From: an uncultured Nitrososphaeraceae archaeon
GTDB lineage: Archaea > Thermoproteota > Nitrososphaeria > Nitrososphaerales > Nitrososphaeraceae
NCBI GenBank assembly: GCA_963825865.1
Contig: CAWGVG010000060.1
Location: forward strand, 160,001 to 224,000
DNA length: 64,000 nucleotides
Reading direction: 5' to 3'
Position 1 is the stretch's first letter. Each line of letters opens with the position of its first letter. Positions 1 to 11,014 of this stretch are shown here, piece after piece. The notes below the pieces were generated by a model that did no database searches, was not told where the DNA came from, and saw only the letters and a program-made list of their open reading frames with translations. The translations under genes and the position numbers were made by a program.

Positions 1-1540
1 CACATCTACCATCAATAAACATTGGATGAGTAGTTGCTTTTGTTACTCCTGTTTTGCCAAAGCCAATCTTTAATAACGTCTGCAAAATTGATTTTGCTTC
101 TGTATACCTTGAATTATTATGAGCTACCACAACGCCAAGGCTCCAGTATTCATTTAACCCGTTATTACATTGAAAGACCTTGCCTATCTCAAAGAGCTTT
201 TGAGGATATTCCTCGTGAACATTATAAGATAGTGATTTTAGAAGTGAGGGAATCAACATATCTCTCAGTATTTCATGTTCAGCACTTTTTGCTCCATCTA
301 CCTTCAGGACTGTATTAGACTCATTTACACCAGTTAGTTGGTACTGGACTTTTCTTCCCACGATACTAAAATTCATAACCTCTAACATTTCCAATCCCAC
401 CATTATCTCTCTGATTATGTCAATGTAAAACGAAAGACAATTCGTTTGTCCTGTAAGAGTAGAAGAAGGCATCGTAGGTTTCATATTATAGACGCCATAC
501 CCTATTGCTACTTCTTCAACAATATCAATAGGATGGAGTATATCAGTTCTGTATCTCGGAATAGTACACTTTATTATTTTTTTCTTTTGTACCATATTGG
601 CATTTAGTCTGCTTTTCTTCAAACACCTTAGAATCTCGTTTACTCTTAATTCCAATCCAAGCAAACGATTAATATAATTCGGATCAACATCGATATGTGA
701 TGGATCCATTTTAGGCGTAAACATGGTTCCTTTGATATCACTAATTAAGGCGCAATGAATTTCAAACCCAGCTTCGTATAATGTGAGGGCAAAAATAGCC
801 AAAGCATCTTCTGCTGTCTTTTGATTGTTTGCGGTAACTTCTATAAACAGATTGTGAGTATTTGTATTAACTTTTGTTAGTTTAGCGTTTATAATAGGAG
901 GAAATGACAAAACATTATTTTCCGCATCTACTACAAGCGGATATCTATTCTTCTCCTTTGATTTTTCTAGTATATATCCATACTCTCTGCCAATATCAGA
1001 TTCATTTAAAATTGATTTAATTGATTGCCTTGATAATTGATCAACTGGAACAAAAGAAAAGTCTTCAGTTACGGTCCTATAAGAGACAGGAAATTTAATT
1101 ACATCAAGATTATGTATCCCAATTGAAGCTTTCATTCTTCGTCTTCCTATTCCATTGTGAAGATCTTCTTGCATTAAGATTAATTGTCTGATACTTTGAT
1201 CATCAAGGTTTGCCTTCTTTTTGGCGACCATCGCTAAAATGAAGGGTCTTAACTGTTTTACTGATAAGTCTACCTTGACTATGTATTGCGTTCTTTTTTT
1301 CTTGTGCATCGCGAATTTTGGAATCCCTGTCTCTATCCCAAATAATCCTCTCAAGGCTCGAACAATACCGTATTCTGAAGCAAAATCAGGTCTATTTGGA
1401 TTGTATTCTACTCTTATGAATTCACCATCAATGCTTTCAATATCAAGTGCCACAAAAGGGAGCATTTCTAATATCTTGTTAAGATCTATGCCTGGGAAGA
1501 ATTTAGTTAGTCTATCTGTAGAAAAATTTACAACTGGCAT
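1..1540 (-). CDS. pheT: Phenylalanine--tRNA ligase beta subunit, 3' end runs off the window
   Basis: Manual translation from the ATG at 1540: MPVVNF...RVEYNPNRPDFASEYG...QEDLHNGIGRRR..ASIGIHNLD, later HEEYPQKLFEIG; overlaps the pheS stop. Confidence 0.93.
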   Translation of the reverse strand, partial: MPVVNFSTDRLTKFFPGIDLNKILEMLPFVALDIESIDGEFIRVEYNPNRPDFASEYGIVRALRGLFGIETGIPKFAMHKKKRTQYIVKVDLSVKQLRPFILAMVAKKKANLDDQSIRQLILMQEDLHNGIGRRRMKASIGIHNLDVIKFPVSYRTVTEDFSFVPVDQLSRQSIKSILNESDIGREYGYILEKSKEKNRYPLVVDAENNVLSFPPIINAKLTKVNTNTHNLFIEVTANNQKTAEDALAIFALTLYEAGFEIHCALISDIKGTMFTPKMDPSHIDVDPNYINRLLGLELRVNEILRCLKKSRLNANMVQKKKIIKCTIPRYRTDILHPIDIVEEVAIGYGVYNMKPTMPSSTLTGQTNCLSFYIDIIREIMVGLEMLEVMNFSIVGRKVQYQLTGVNESNTVLKVDGAKSAEHEILRDMLIPSLLKSLSYNVHEEYPQKLFEIGKVFQCNNGLNEYWSLGVVVAHNNSRYTEAKSILQTLLKIGFGKTGVTKATTHPMFIDGRC

Positions 1541-3101
1541 CTAGTTAGACTCCTAAGCCAACTTAACTTGTTATCATAAAGCTCGCGTACATCGTTCAAA
1601 CCAAAACGTAACATTGCAATTCTTTCGAGTCCAACGCCCCATGCGAGTACAGGATTCTTTATTCCAAGAGGCTCTGTCACCTCGGGTCTCAAAATCCCCA
1701 TTCCACCCATTTCAACCCATTTGTCCAAATCATCATTATATATCATAGATTGAAGAGATGGTTCAGTATACGGGAAAAACGTGGGCCAAAATTTTATCTT
1801 GTTAATGCCCAACTTTGCGTAAAATTCCTTCTGCAACCCCATTAAATCTCGTAATGTAACATGCTGGCCAGTTAGAACTCCTTCTACTTGATTGAATTCA
1901 ACGAGATGTTTGTATGAAACCTTTTCATTTCTGAAAACTCGCCCTATCGAAAATATTTTAGCACTATCTGGCTTGTTGTCTGCAAGATACTTTATAGTAA
2001 CTGGAGTTGTATGCGTTCTTAGAACAGTTCTTCTTGCATCTTCAATATTCCATTTATATTTCCAGCCTTTTTTGTGAATTCCAGAGATCTTTTTGATTTG
2101 GTTGGGTTTGGCAAATCCAGTCTGCTTTATATCAGAAATATAAAAAGTATCTTGCATCTCCCTTGCAGGGTGGTCTTGTGGAGTGAACAGCACATCAAAG
2201 TTCCAAAAACTAGGCTGTATCATAGGTCCATCAATTTCTGTAAAGCCGAGACCAACAAAAATTTCCTTTACTTCATCAATTAAGTAAGTCAATGGATGCT
2301 TTCTGCCAGGATATTTGAGTGATACAGGAGCAACCACATTTAATGGGCTAAACTTGACATCTTTCCACCTTCCAGAAGTAATCAACTGAGATGTCAACTG
2401 TCTTTCCATTGGGATTTCATCCGTTTTTAATGCCACAGTGGATAGCAATTCTTTTCCTTTTTCTGAAAGAAAAATTTCTAAATAATTTCTTCTCTTTTTG
2501 GATTACATAATCGGGGCGCCCTTTTAAAAGATTAAGAGTCTGTTTTTCTTCTGGAGGTAAGTCAGAAGCCTAGGACATTATCGTTATTATTTTTTTCCTC
2601 ATAAGTTAACTTTTGTAATAATTTTTCCTCCTCCGCCAAATTATCCGCTGATGTAGTAAGTACAATTATTTTGTCATTGGATGAATCGGCTTGCTTAAAT
2701 TCGATCCATTGATTTCTCTTCGCTCCGCAACTGCAGCATTAATTTCATTCGGTTTCAAAGACTTACTTTCCAGAATCGCAGCAAATGTTTTTCCTTCCTT
2801 CTTTTACCGCATTGACAAGTCGCCTTTCTGGTAGACCTTGTACCGCTGCATTTTGTCCATTTGAACCGAGCGAAAGTATAATACTTGATCTTTCGTTCAA
2901 AGATATCAAATTTTTGAATTTCAACCATTCAATACCACGTCTCACCTGATCAATACTTTGGTTCGTGTTGTTGACAAGATCTTCAATAGACATCCAACGA
3001 CCGCTTTTTGCAAGAGCGCGTAATATCGACTTTTCTATAGGGTGAAGCTCGCTAGGACTATTACTGCTGCTGCTGTTGCTGCTGTCGTCGATATTATTCA
3101 T
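1528..3101 (-). CDS. pheS: Phenylalanine--tRNA ligase alpha subunit, archaeal type (split by frameshifts, probably sequencing indels)
   Basis: N-terminal wHTH ORF 2763-3101 (GLPERRL) plus ORF 1528-2448 with NFDVLFTPQDHPAREMQDTF, LRTHTT, FFPYTEPS, GLERIAM. Confidence 0.95.
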
Positions 3102-3178
3102 TGCTGCAAGATTTCTCAGCAGAAGAACACTTTTTAAACGTTTAATCCCATCATAATCACACCCGTTGTTGGAAAGTC

Positions 3179-4381
3179 ATGGTAGAAGAAGACAAAGGAA
3201 AACAAGGAGAATACTCTTCCCTCATCAGTAACAATGAGAATAATAATAATGGTGCTTCTAACGCTGAATTTAAGGTTACACCATGGGAAGTCGAAGGAGA
3301 AATAGATTATAATAAACTGATAGAAAAGTTTGGTACTGAGCCAATTACGCAGGAAATACTTGAAAGAGTCAAAAAGATAACGGGAGAAATTCATCCGATG
3401 TTAAGGCTACAATACTTTTTTTCTCATCGTGATTTTGACTGGATTTTAGATAAGTATGAAAGAAGCGAAAATTTTTACCTTTATACTGGAAGAGGGCCAT
3501 CTGGAATGGTTCATATGGGCCATTTGATGCCGTGGATTTTCACAAAATATCTTCAAGATAAATTTGATTCTAAATTATTATTCCAATTAACAGACGATGA
3601 AAAATTCCTATATAGCCAAGATCGTAGCAAAGAAGAGATTGCACGATACACCTATGAGAATATACTTGATATAATTGCAGTAGGATTTAATCCACATAAA
3701 ACAAAAATTATAGTTGACACAAGGCATATTCAATATCTGTATCCCGTTGCTACAGAAATTTCAAAGAGGATCACATATTCAGTCGCAAAGTCAGTATTTG
3801 GTTTTTCAAATTCTACGAATATCGGCATGATAGGATTTCCTCCGATACAAGCTGCCCCTTGTTTTTTACCTTCAATTATTGAAGGTAAACCAACTCCAGT
3901 TTTAATTCCGGCGGCCATAGATCAGGATCCTTACTGGAGGATGACAAGGGATGTGGCCGAAAAGATGGGTTATTACAAGCCGGCACAGATCCACAGCAAG
4001 TTCATCCCCGGGCTTGGTTTGCTAGGCAAGATGTCGTCTTCAAAACCTCAGACTGCAATACTCACGTCAGACGAACCAGAAATTATAGAGAAAAAAATTT
4101 CTAACGCCTTCACAGGAGGTCAATCTACTATCGCACTGCAAAGGCAGCTAGGCGGAAACGCTATTGGCTGCCCAGTTTTCTGGTATTTACGATACTTCTT
4201 TGATACGGAAAAACAATCAGATGAACGTTTATTAAAATGCAAGAGTGGAAACCTGCTTTGCGGAGAATGTAAGAGCGATTTAGCAAAAGAATCAAAATCA
4301 TTTATGGTAGATTTTAAGAAGCGTCGAGAAAAAGCAAAAGACGCTGTTCCCGAATTCATGTACGATGGTAAACCCCTTTAA
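3179..4381 (+). CDS. trpS: Tryptophan--tRNA ligase
   Basis: VTPWEV, YTGRGPS..HMGH, IDQDPY and KMSSS motifs of archaeal/eukaryotic TrpRS. Confidence 0.97.
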   Translation: MVEEDKGKQGEYSSLISNNENNNNGASNAEFKVTPWEVEGEIDYNKLIEKFGTEPITQEILERVKKITGEIHPMLRLQYFFSHRDFDWILDKYERSENFYLYTGRGPSGMVHMGHLMPWIFTKYLQDKFDSKLLFQLTDDEKFLYSQDRSKEEIARYTYENILDIIAVGFNPHKTKIIVDTRHIQYLYPVATEISKRITYSVAKSVFGFSNSTNIGMIGFPPIQAAPCFLPSIIEGKPTPVLIPAAIDQDPYWRMTRDVAEKMGYYKPAQIHSKFIPGLGLLGKMSSSKPQTAILTSDEPEIIEKKISNAFTGGQSTIALQRQLGGNAIGCPVFWYLRYFFDTEKQSDERLLKCKSGNLLCGECKSDLAKESKSFMVDFKKRREKAKDAVPEFMYDGKPL

Positions 4382-4399
4382 CAAGAAAAGTGGCTGTTT

Positions 4400-4702
4400 T
4401 TGATGGCTAAGAAGGTCGAAAAATTTGAATGTGATGACAAATACGAAGCTGAAAAACTCGCAGGATTGCTAACGATTCAAAAAGATAATTTTACTTATTT
4501 GAGCGGAGTCGCTAATGTTATCGGAAACGAGATCGTCGTTATTTTAAAGGATGGATCATCTCATAGTATTCTCTTGAAAGATAGCAAGACTGCTATCAGA
4601 CTGAGCAGGCTAATAGAAGATATAGTCGAAGGAATAAAAACAATTTATGAAAGTAGCTTTGAACATCACACAGCAGATATTATTATTGTTCTTAATGAGT
4701 AA
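4400..4702 (+). CDS. Hypothetical protein, probably co-transcribed with trpS
   Basis: 100-aa ORF starting 18 bp after trpS. Confidence 0.7.
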   Translation: MMAKKVEKFECDDKYEAEKLAGLLTIQKDNFTYLSGVANVIGNEIVVILKDGSSHSILLKDSKTAIRLSRLIEDIVEGIKTIYESSFEHHTADIIIVLNE

Positions 4703-4731
4703 TAAGAGAAGAAAAAGTCGAACAAAATAAT

Positions 4732-5788
4732 AGACCTGTTGCGTAATTGAAGGCTTACAGCTATATTTTACGTTGTACAGCATTCATTGGGTGATGCTGT
4801 CTTGATGTCTTATGCTAGACTATCGAAGAGGCCTTTGTTATTCAAATCGTTTACTGGGTTGGAGATAACAGAATTTGATACCATTTCCAGGGAAATAGAA
4901 TCAAAATATGATGAACATGAAGGAATACGACTTTCCAGAAGGAAGAGGAAAAGAGGTATTGGTGCTGGCAGACCATTCAAACTGAAAGAAGTCAGAGAAA
5001 GATTCTTGATGCTTTTAGTCTATTATAGACTGTACATTACATACACACTTTCAGGATTTCTATTCGATTCTACCAGAGTAATATCTGCAGAGATATATCT
5101 ATGCTTGAACCACTTATCAAACGGTGTATCCCACTGCCAAAGAAGTTGTATAAACGTACAAGAAGGCTTAGGACTATAGATGAAGTTGAAGAGTACTTTC
5201 CAGGTTTCAAGGCTTTCATAGATTCTTCCGAACAGGAGATACCAAGGCCAGAGAACAAGAGAAAGAGAAAGAGCTACTACTCTGGCAAAAAGAAGAAACA
5301 TACTGTAAAGACACAGTATATGGTAAACGGTGAAGGTACGATACTGCACAAAACAGGTCATGATAGGGGAAGAATACATGATTATGAGATTTTCAAAAAT
5401 AAACATCCTATAACTCCGCTGCAAGTTGAGAATGTCCTTGACCTTGGGTACATGGGAGTTAAGAATGACTTTCCCACTGTAAAGTATGTACTGCCATTTA
5501 AAAAGAAAAGGAAAAGTGAACTCTCAGATGAGGAAAAGAGACATAACAGAAAGCATTCCAAATTAAGGATAATAGTCGAGCATACGGTAAGCAGAATTAA
5601 AAAGTTTGGAATAATGGGTACTAAATTCAGAAACAGGCTTGGAAGATATGATCATGCTTCCGACATTGTTTCAGGATTGGTAAACTTCAGAATAATGCGA
5701 ACCATTGGAATGATGTTACTTTAGAAAGCAAGCAAGCCAAAGTTAAGTATCATAAAGAGATTTTCTTTCGTAATTACGCAATAGGTCT
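4732..5788 (+). mobile_element. IS5-family (ISL2-like) insertion sequence
   Basis: 17-bp terminal inverted repeats AGACCTGTTGCGTAATT / AATTACGCAATAGGTCT (16/17 match), 3-bp target duplication AAT, enclosing a transposase. Confidence 0.92.
4787..5724 (+). CDS. IS5-family DDE transposase (HTH + DDE domain), one frameshift near 5070
   Basis: FKSFTGL, GAGRPFKL, IDSSEQEIPRP, YSGKKKKHTVK, DLGYMG, RIIVEH. Confidence 0.9.
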
Positions 5789-6165
5789 AATGAAGATCCT
5801 GGATAATTTATTTTTGTTTAGGCAGCAACTAGCTAGCGTTCAAGCTTCTGTATCACAATATCATAGTATGAGCAGACAGTTTTCTTGGGCTAGTGATTAG
5901 TGCTCTGGACAAAAAGTAAGTTCAGTTATCCTCAGTCAATTTGACGATGAATCGATCTCAGGTCATAGCCCATACTCGAGCAAGAGCTTGTTTGGAATTA
6001 GGCGCACCAATAAGTAGTCTTCTGATTGTCGTTGGTTCTGACATACATTAGCAAAAAACCATTCTAGATAAAGGAAAGAAAAGTGAAGTAGAATAATGGT
6101 GACTAGACCATTAGACAGTCACACGTATATAAGGCTTATACGTCACATTTGATCTAGTCTGGCTG

Positions 6166-8085
6166 TTGGTGCGCTCGGGTAGACTTTTTTCCCACAAAAT
6201 GTTGCCTGTCATTGCGATTATATCCATTATCGCCGGTGCAAGTATAGCAGGAGTGTTTCCATCCATGTTAACTATTCCCCCAATCCAAGCTGCGACAGGA
6301 GCCCTTGTTAGTGTTAAAATGAACAGCCAGGTCGGAGTTTTGCTAGACGAAATTCCTGAATCTGAACGAGACCGTGCAGCAGCTAGTTTGATGTCTAAAC
6401 CTAGGGATTTCTGGATCCAGCGTGCTGAAGACCAGATTCGCTTAATGACTTACCGGCTAGTTTTCAGAAATGGTTACTATGAAAATGAAAGCAAGGGAGC
6501 GCTTCCTTTGCCGCCAAAAGAGATCTGGAACATACAATTCAGAGGAGCACCACAGCGAACTACTATAGCCAATCACGATATCGTTTTAACGAATTATAGT
6601 TTTGCAAGCACCCTACTTACAGACGCAGACTCGCCTGGAATCGCTGAGCCAGCGCTCAAGTCCATCGGAAGCAGATGGATAGAACCATTTATTCTGCCGA
6701 TTGACCCAGAGTTGGTATTTCAACGAACTGGATTTGCTTGCATGAATGAGAACCAATTTCCACCTCATAGCGTGGATGCAGAAGAAGTAGAAACCTTTTA
6801 CGACCAAGAAGCTGATATAGCCGGTAAACTTTCTATTGAGGACATTCATCAAGCAGTTATGCCAGACAAGTCCTGCGTCGATGCGCTTGATGGCAAGATA
6901 GGGAAAATTAAAACCAATCTAATTTTTGAACGTTTACCATGGAGCTCTTCTTTAGCGGCTAAGGTACGCGTAGGCAAAATAACCAATCCAAATGGTCCAG
7001 ACTTGATAGCAGAAGAATCTGATTTCAAAGTAAATCGTGTAGTCTACAGGCATATTGCGCCAGACGCGTGTGCTATCGTAGAAGGCTCTGTTGGAGGAAC
7101 TGGTTGGCGCAGGCTCTTACAATTTGGCTCTTCAGATAGAAACTTTGGTGCAAAGGCCCTTGAGATAGGTGACATCGACTACTTCATTAAGGGTAATAGA
7201 TCAGAGTTATCAAAGCGGGGAATATATGAGTACAGCCCTTGCCACCATCATTATCATTTCGCGCACTATGGTTCCCTAGCTTTTGGAAGCGAAATGACAA
7301 ACCACAAAATGGGCTTCTGCCTTCAAAGTACAAACAGGTACAGCAACAATGAATTAAGCCCCTTATTAAACAGATATTCAGCCTGCAAGTTCCAAGGCAT
7401 AGAAGCCGGATGGTCTGACCAGTATAAAGTTGGTCTCGAAGGCCAGTGGGTCGATGTTACTGGTGTCAATACATCTAAAAGTCCGGTCACAAAGAAAGTT
7501 TCATTTCATTCTAATCCCGATGGCTTCCTGTGCGAAGGAAGACCTGTTTTGGATGCAAACGGCAGTTACATTTACGAGGCTACTGGATTCAAGACGCACG
7601 AAGGCCAAACAGTTTACAGACAAAAATGTGAATTTGGTAAGGGTACGCTCTCTAACAATGTGGATTCCTACAATATAACATTGCCAAAAGATGGAAACGG
7701 TTACGTTACAGATAGCTGCGAGCTTGGTGAGATTGGACCATTAAGAAATTGTGGCTTCCAGAATGCAGAATCTCCAGTGCTCAACTGCACACCAGGACAA
7801 CAGGTAAACCTGGGTTTCACAATTCCACAAGGAGCACCACCACAGGTAGTCAGAGTATGCGATTATAGCTCTGCACTAGCTACAGGCATCCCATGCACTT
7901 ACAATGGCCCCTATAATGCACAATCGCTAGCCAACAGCATAGTAGTTGACCCAACTTCTTCAAAAGTATCGTTGACTTGCCCTATTGCATTGGATGAAAA
8001 TGAACACGGGGGTAAATTATCATTGTATTTTGCACCGTTGTTGCCAGATGATTCTGCTGTTCCGATAAGCTACAAAACAAGGTAG
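6166..8085 (+). CDS. Secreted lysyl-oxidase (LOX) domain protein
   Basis: N-terminal hydrophobic segment; RRLLQFG, YSPCHHHYHF (Cu site), HKMGFCL (LTQ Lys), GWSDQY...GQWVDVTGV (LTQ Tyr); Cys-rich C-terminus. Confidence 0.85.
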   Translation: MVRSGRLFSHKMLPVIAIISIIAGASIAGVFPSMLTIPPIQAATGALVSVKMNSQVGVLLDEIPESERDRAAASLMSKPRDFWIQRAEDQIRLMTYRLVFRNGYYENESKGALPLPPKEIWNIQFRGAPQRTTIANHDIVLTNYSFASTLLTDADSPGIAEPALKSIGSRWIEPFILPIDPELVFQRTGFACMNENQFPPHSVDAEEVETFYDQEADIAGKLSIEDIHQAVMPDKSCVDALDGKIGKIKTNLIFERLPWSSSLAAKVRVGKITNPNGPDLIAEESDFKVNRVVYRHIAPDACAIVEGSVGGTGWRRLLQFGSSDRNFGAKALEIGDIDYFIKGNRSELSKRGIYEYSPCHHHYHFAHYGSLAFGSEMTNHKMGFCLQSTNRYSNNELSPLLNRYSACKFQGIEAGWSDQYKVGLEGQWVDVTGVNTSKSPVTKKVSFHSNPDGFLCEGRPVLDANGSYIYEATGFKTHEGQTVYRQKCEFGKGTLSNNVDSYNITLPKDGNGYVTDSCELGEIGPLRNCGFQNAESPVLNCTPGQQVNLGFTIPQGAPPQVVRVCDYSSALATGIPCTYNGPYNAQSLANSIVVDPTSSKVSLTCPIALDENEHGGKLSLYFAPLLPDDSAVPISYKTR

Positions 8086-8605
8086 TTATTATTATCATAT
8101 CTTAGCATGCTAGAAAGACAGCATTATTGTTCAATAATGTATGATGTTGTCAGCCATCTAAGAGTCGAACATTTTTTATTTTTACAGACAGTACAAGAAG
8201 CATAATTTACAATGTATAAAAATGTCTTGTGACTAGATGATTGCAATATGCTATTGTCCTTAGACTCCGGAATCATCTCTTGTATCAGAGGTGGCAGTAA
8301 CAACAACAGGAAGATCAGCAGCTCCAGCTGCGGCAGCAGTCGCTCACTAACCCTTTTTTTATTCCTGTATAAACTTAATACAATATTGTTATATTATCCG
8401 TTTAGCATACGGTGACTGATTATTTTTTGCAACTAGTATCTGTTTGCTAAACCAAAGTAGTGATTGATAGAAGCAGAAGCTTTTGAAATTGAGTATGTTC
8501 AAACCTATAGGGATTTGTTATTAGCCTAATTACTTTTTCGTATTTGCTTGACTACTACATAGCTCAGGGCCAATGAACTACTCCATAGGCAAGCACACAA
8601 AAGCG

Positions 8606-8667
8606 ATTTGACGACTATTTGACGACTATTTGACGACTATTTGACGACTATTTGACGACTATTTGAC
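8606..8667. repeat. 11-bp tandem repeat ATTTGACGACT, 5 copies plus a partial copy
   Basis: Directly visible, intergenic. Confidence 0.95.
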
Positions 8668-8824
8668 TACAAAATGACCTCTAAATAACTGAACATGGAA
8701 TATGGAATTGACATTTAGATGCATACAAGCAGTCACTTTCAATTCGAGCATAGGCTGACCGATACACTAATGCTGGCAAATCAATTAATGTCTACACTCT
8801 GTTGCCTGTACATCGATTTTTCAT

Positions 8825-9171
8825 CTACCGTAGTTCTTTATTCATCTCATCTGTAAGTATCTGCTGAACTTTTCTAAAGTATAGACCTGTTGAATATGGC
8901 ATCAAAGGTATGTACCTCTTCAATTACTCGCATCACATATGGCACCGCTCGCTTTGATACGTTCATCCTAAATTTCATCCAGAGTATTCTGTCTTGTTCG
9001 AAATGTATCATATCTTTAAGATGAGAAGGAACAGTTTCTATCGATTTATCTTCCACTCTTTTTGTACCAGTAACCGAGAATTTCTGGATCGAGCCCTTCT
9101 TTTACCCCTTTTATAGTTCCTCCAATCTTATTGGAGGCTAAATCAATGGGATTATCACTATCTCGATACAT
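8825..9171 (-). CDS. Conserved hypothetical protein (two frameshifts)
   Basis: Joined frames read MYRDSDNP..GLDPEILGYWYK..QDRILWMKFRMNVSKRAVPYV..MPYSTGLYFRKVQQIL. Confidence 0.65.
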
Positions 9172-9236
9172 ATTCAAGGCCAGTGCTCTAGATAAAGGCG
9201 AATAAAACCCTGATAATTAAAGATTGTTGAGCCTTT

Positions 9237-9749
9237 TTATTTAACTTTTAATATCTTGCCGAAAGGATCAATTTCACCTTCCCGTATACGCGTAGAGGAG
9301 ATAGGACTACCGTCTTCAGTTCTGATAAGATCGACTGAAATAATTGCTATAGGTGGCAGGCCTTTTTTAGAACGGATCTCATTGATTTTTTCACCCTTTT
9401 TTGCTGTTTCAGTACTTGCAATAAGGGCGTCTACTCTCCCTAAAATGACTATAGGGCCATATTCATTATCTAACTTACTTATCTTGTAAGAAACTCTGCC
9501 AAATTTCTTTTGTATTATATCTTTTAGGTTGAACACTCTTTTGTCGTAGCTATGGTTAACCTTTTTTTCTCCTTTTGTCTTTTCTGCAAAATCATCACTT
9601 GTAACCCCGATTATTACCCTCTTGCCTAGTTCGAATGCTTTAGAAAGCAAGGCTATATGACCAATATGTATCTCATCGAATGTTCCACCTGTTGCAACTA
9701 AGTCGAATTTATTGGCCACAACCACCTTTGTTATTCCCTTCCATATCAC
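9237..9749 (-). CDS. coaD: Phosphopantetheine adenylyltransferase (archaeal/eukaryotic type)
   Basis: GGTFDEIHIGH, INEIR..KGL, ISSTRIR. Confidence 0.9.
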   Translation of the reverse strand: MIWKGITKVVVANKFDLVATGGTFDEIHIGHIALLSKAFELGKRVIIGVTSDDFAEKTKGEKKVNHSYDKRVFNLKDIIQKKFGRVSYKISKLDNEYGPIVILGRVDALIASTETAKKGEKINEIRSKKGLPPIAIISVDLIRTEDGSPISSTRIREGEIDPFGKILKVK

Positions 9750-9760
9750 TTTTTAAAATT

Positions 9761-9979
9761 CTAATAGTCAATGGGATGGTGTATATCCTTGGCCTGATGG
9801 AGATAGGCCCTTGGATAAATATTATCATCGCTGTCTTTGTAATTATCTATTATCTTCATTTTTGTCTTCATTCGTATTTTTTCATATTTTTGCCCCGCTG
9901 GTAAAGGGACTATTATCGGCCAGCTCCGTGTTTGGCCTTTTCCCTTTACCATAATAGTGACCTCCGGTGAACGGAACAA
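9761..9979 (-). CDS. Hypothetical protein (may extend upstream across a frameshift)
   Basis: ORF co-oriented with and just upstream of coaD. Confidence 0.5.
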   Translation of the reverse strand: MFRSPEVTIMVKGKGQTRSWPIIVPLPAGQKYEKIRMKTKMKIIDNYKDSDDNIYPRAYLHQAKDIHHPIDY

Positions 9980-10172
9980 AAACCCGGGTCACCGTTTTGC
10001 AGGGTACATGTAAAACATCATTTTGGATTTAAAAACAATATGCTCAATATTATAATCCCTTATCTAGTTGTCGATATCTTGTATAATCAAAAGAAATTTA
10101 TGGTTACGCTACTTGACTGTTCATTCTTTTCAAAGCAGAATATATTTATGACGATAATCTATAGATTGAAAT

Positions 10173-10565
10173 ATGCCTAGCTCCCTGGAACCATCGCAAG
10201 AAGAGACACAAAAACATCGACAAAGTTGCCGGGATATTCTTGCTTTATCATCAAAAATACGTTATGTCGGCATGCTGAATAGCTTCGGACGAACTTTGGC
10301 TGGACAATTACGTAAAGGTGTAGTACCCTTATTGAAAGCTGATGAATCTAGGAACGAGCACTTTATCGAAGCAACGAGAAATCGGTTAAGAAAAGACTTT
10401 GAGCCATCTATTGGCAATACCGAATATACTTTTACTGAAAATGAAAAGGTAAAGATACTTACCTTATCAAATAATGATAATTTCTTGTATATCACTTTCG
10501 ATAAAGACATAGATATTCAGGAGATTTTAAAAGTTATTGAGTCAGCCAAAAAGTTAGTCAGATAG
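10173..10565 (+). CDS. Thaumarchaeal roadblock/profilin-like protein (DUF6659-like)
   Basis: C..IL..S.KIRYVG..N..G..LAG..R.G..PLL pattern. Confidence 0.7.
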   Translation: MPSSLEPSQEETQKHRQSCRDILALSSKIRYVGMLNSFGRTLAGQLRKGVVPLLKADESRNEHFIEATRNRLRKDFEPSIGNTEYTFTENEKVKILTLSNNDNFLYITFDKDIDIQEILKVIESAKKLVR

Positions 10566-11014
10566 GAGCATAACTCGCGATAAAAAAGTGATAGTTTGAA
10601 AGTGGCGATACAGTCTCACTCGTGGGCTTGTTTTTCCAAAGTGTATTATTATAGGCTTCATCCTGTATGTAGAAAAAATTAATTAATTTGTTATCTCTAT
10701 AAAAGTTGTTATTTGAATACTTCTGAGCCGTTTTTAGTTTATTTTACTTTAAAACCCAAACCCTTCCAGAATCAATTCGTAATGTCTTGAGAGCATGTTT
10801 ATCATGTTTTTAGAGCTTCTGAAAAATATCTTGATAATTTCACATTTATCTACGCTATAGATTCCTTTGTGCTGAATACAAAGAATATACTAGATCGACT
10901 GCCTATATCGGTTCCGTATAATATATATATACTTAAATATAATATTCAACCAAATTTACCTTTATGAGTTAGTTAACATTGTTACGCAATTCTTTATATA
11001 TATAAGAACTCAAC

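Noticed and set aside
34-2283. Plus-strand ORFs at 34, 1221, 1892 and 2074
   Set aside because: Antisense to pheT and pheS
2448-2763. Programmed frameshifting or a split pheS
   Set aside because: Several shifts occur here and similar breaks occur throughout the window; sequencing error is more parsimonious
8606-8667. CRISPR array
   Set aside because: Units are 11 bp and contiguous with no spacers, and there are no cas genes; no CRISPR array was seen anywhere in the window
8882-8892. TAGACCTGTTG matching the IS5 left end
   Set aside because: Only 11 bp, lies within a coding region and has no partner end
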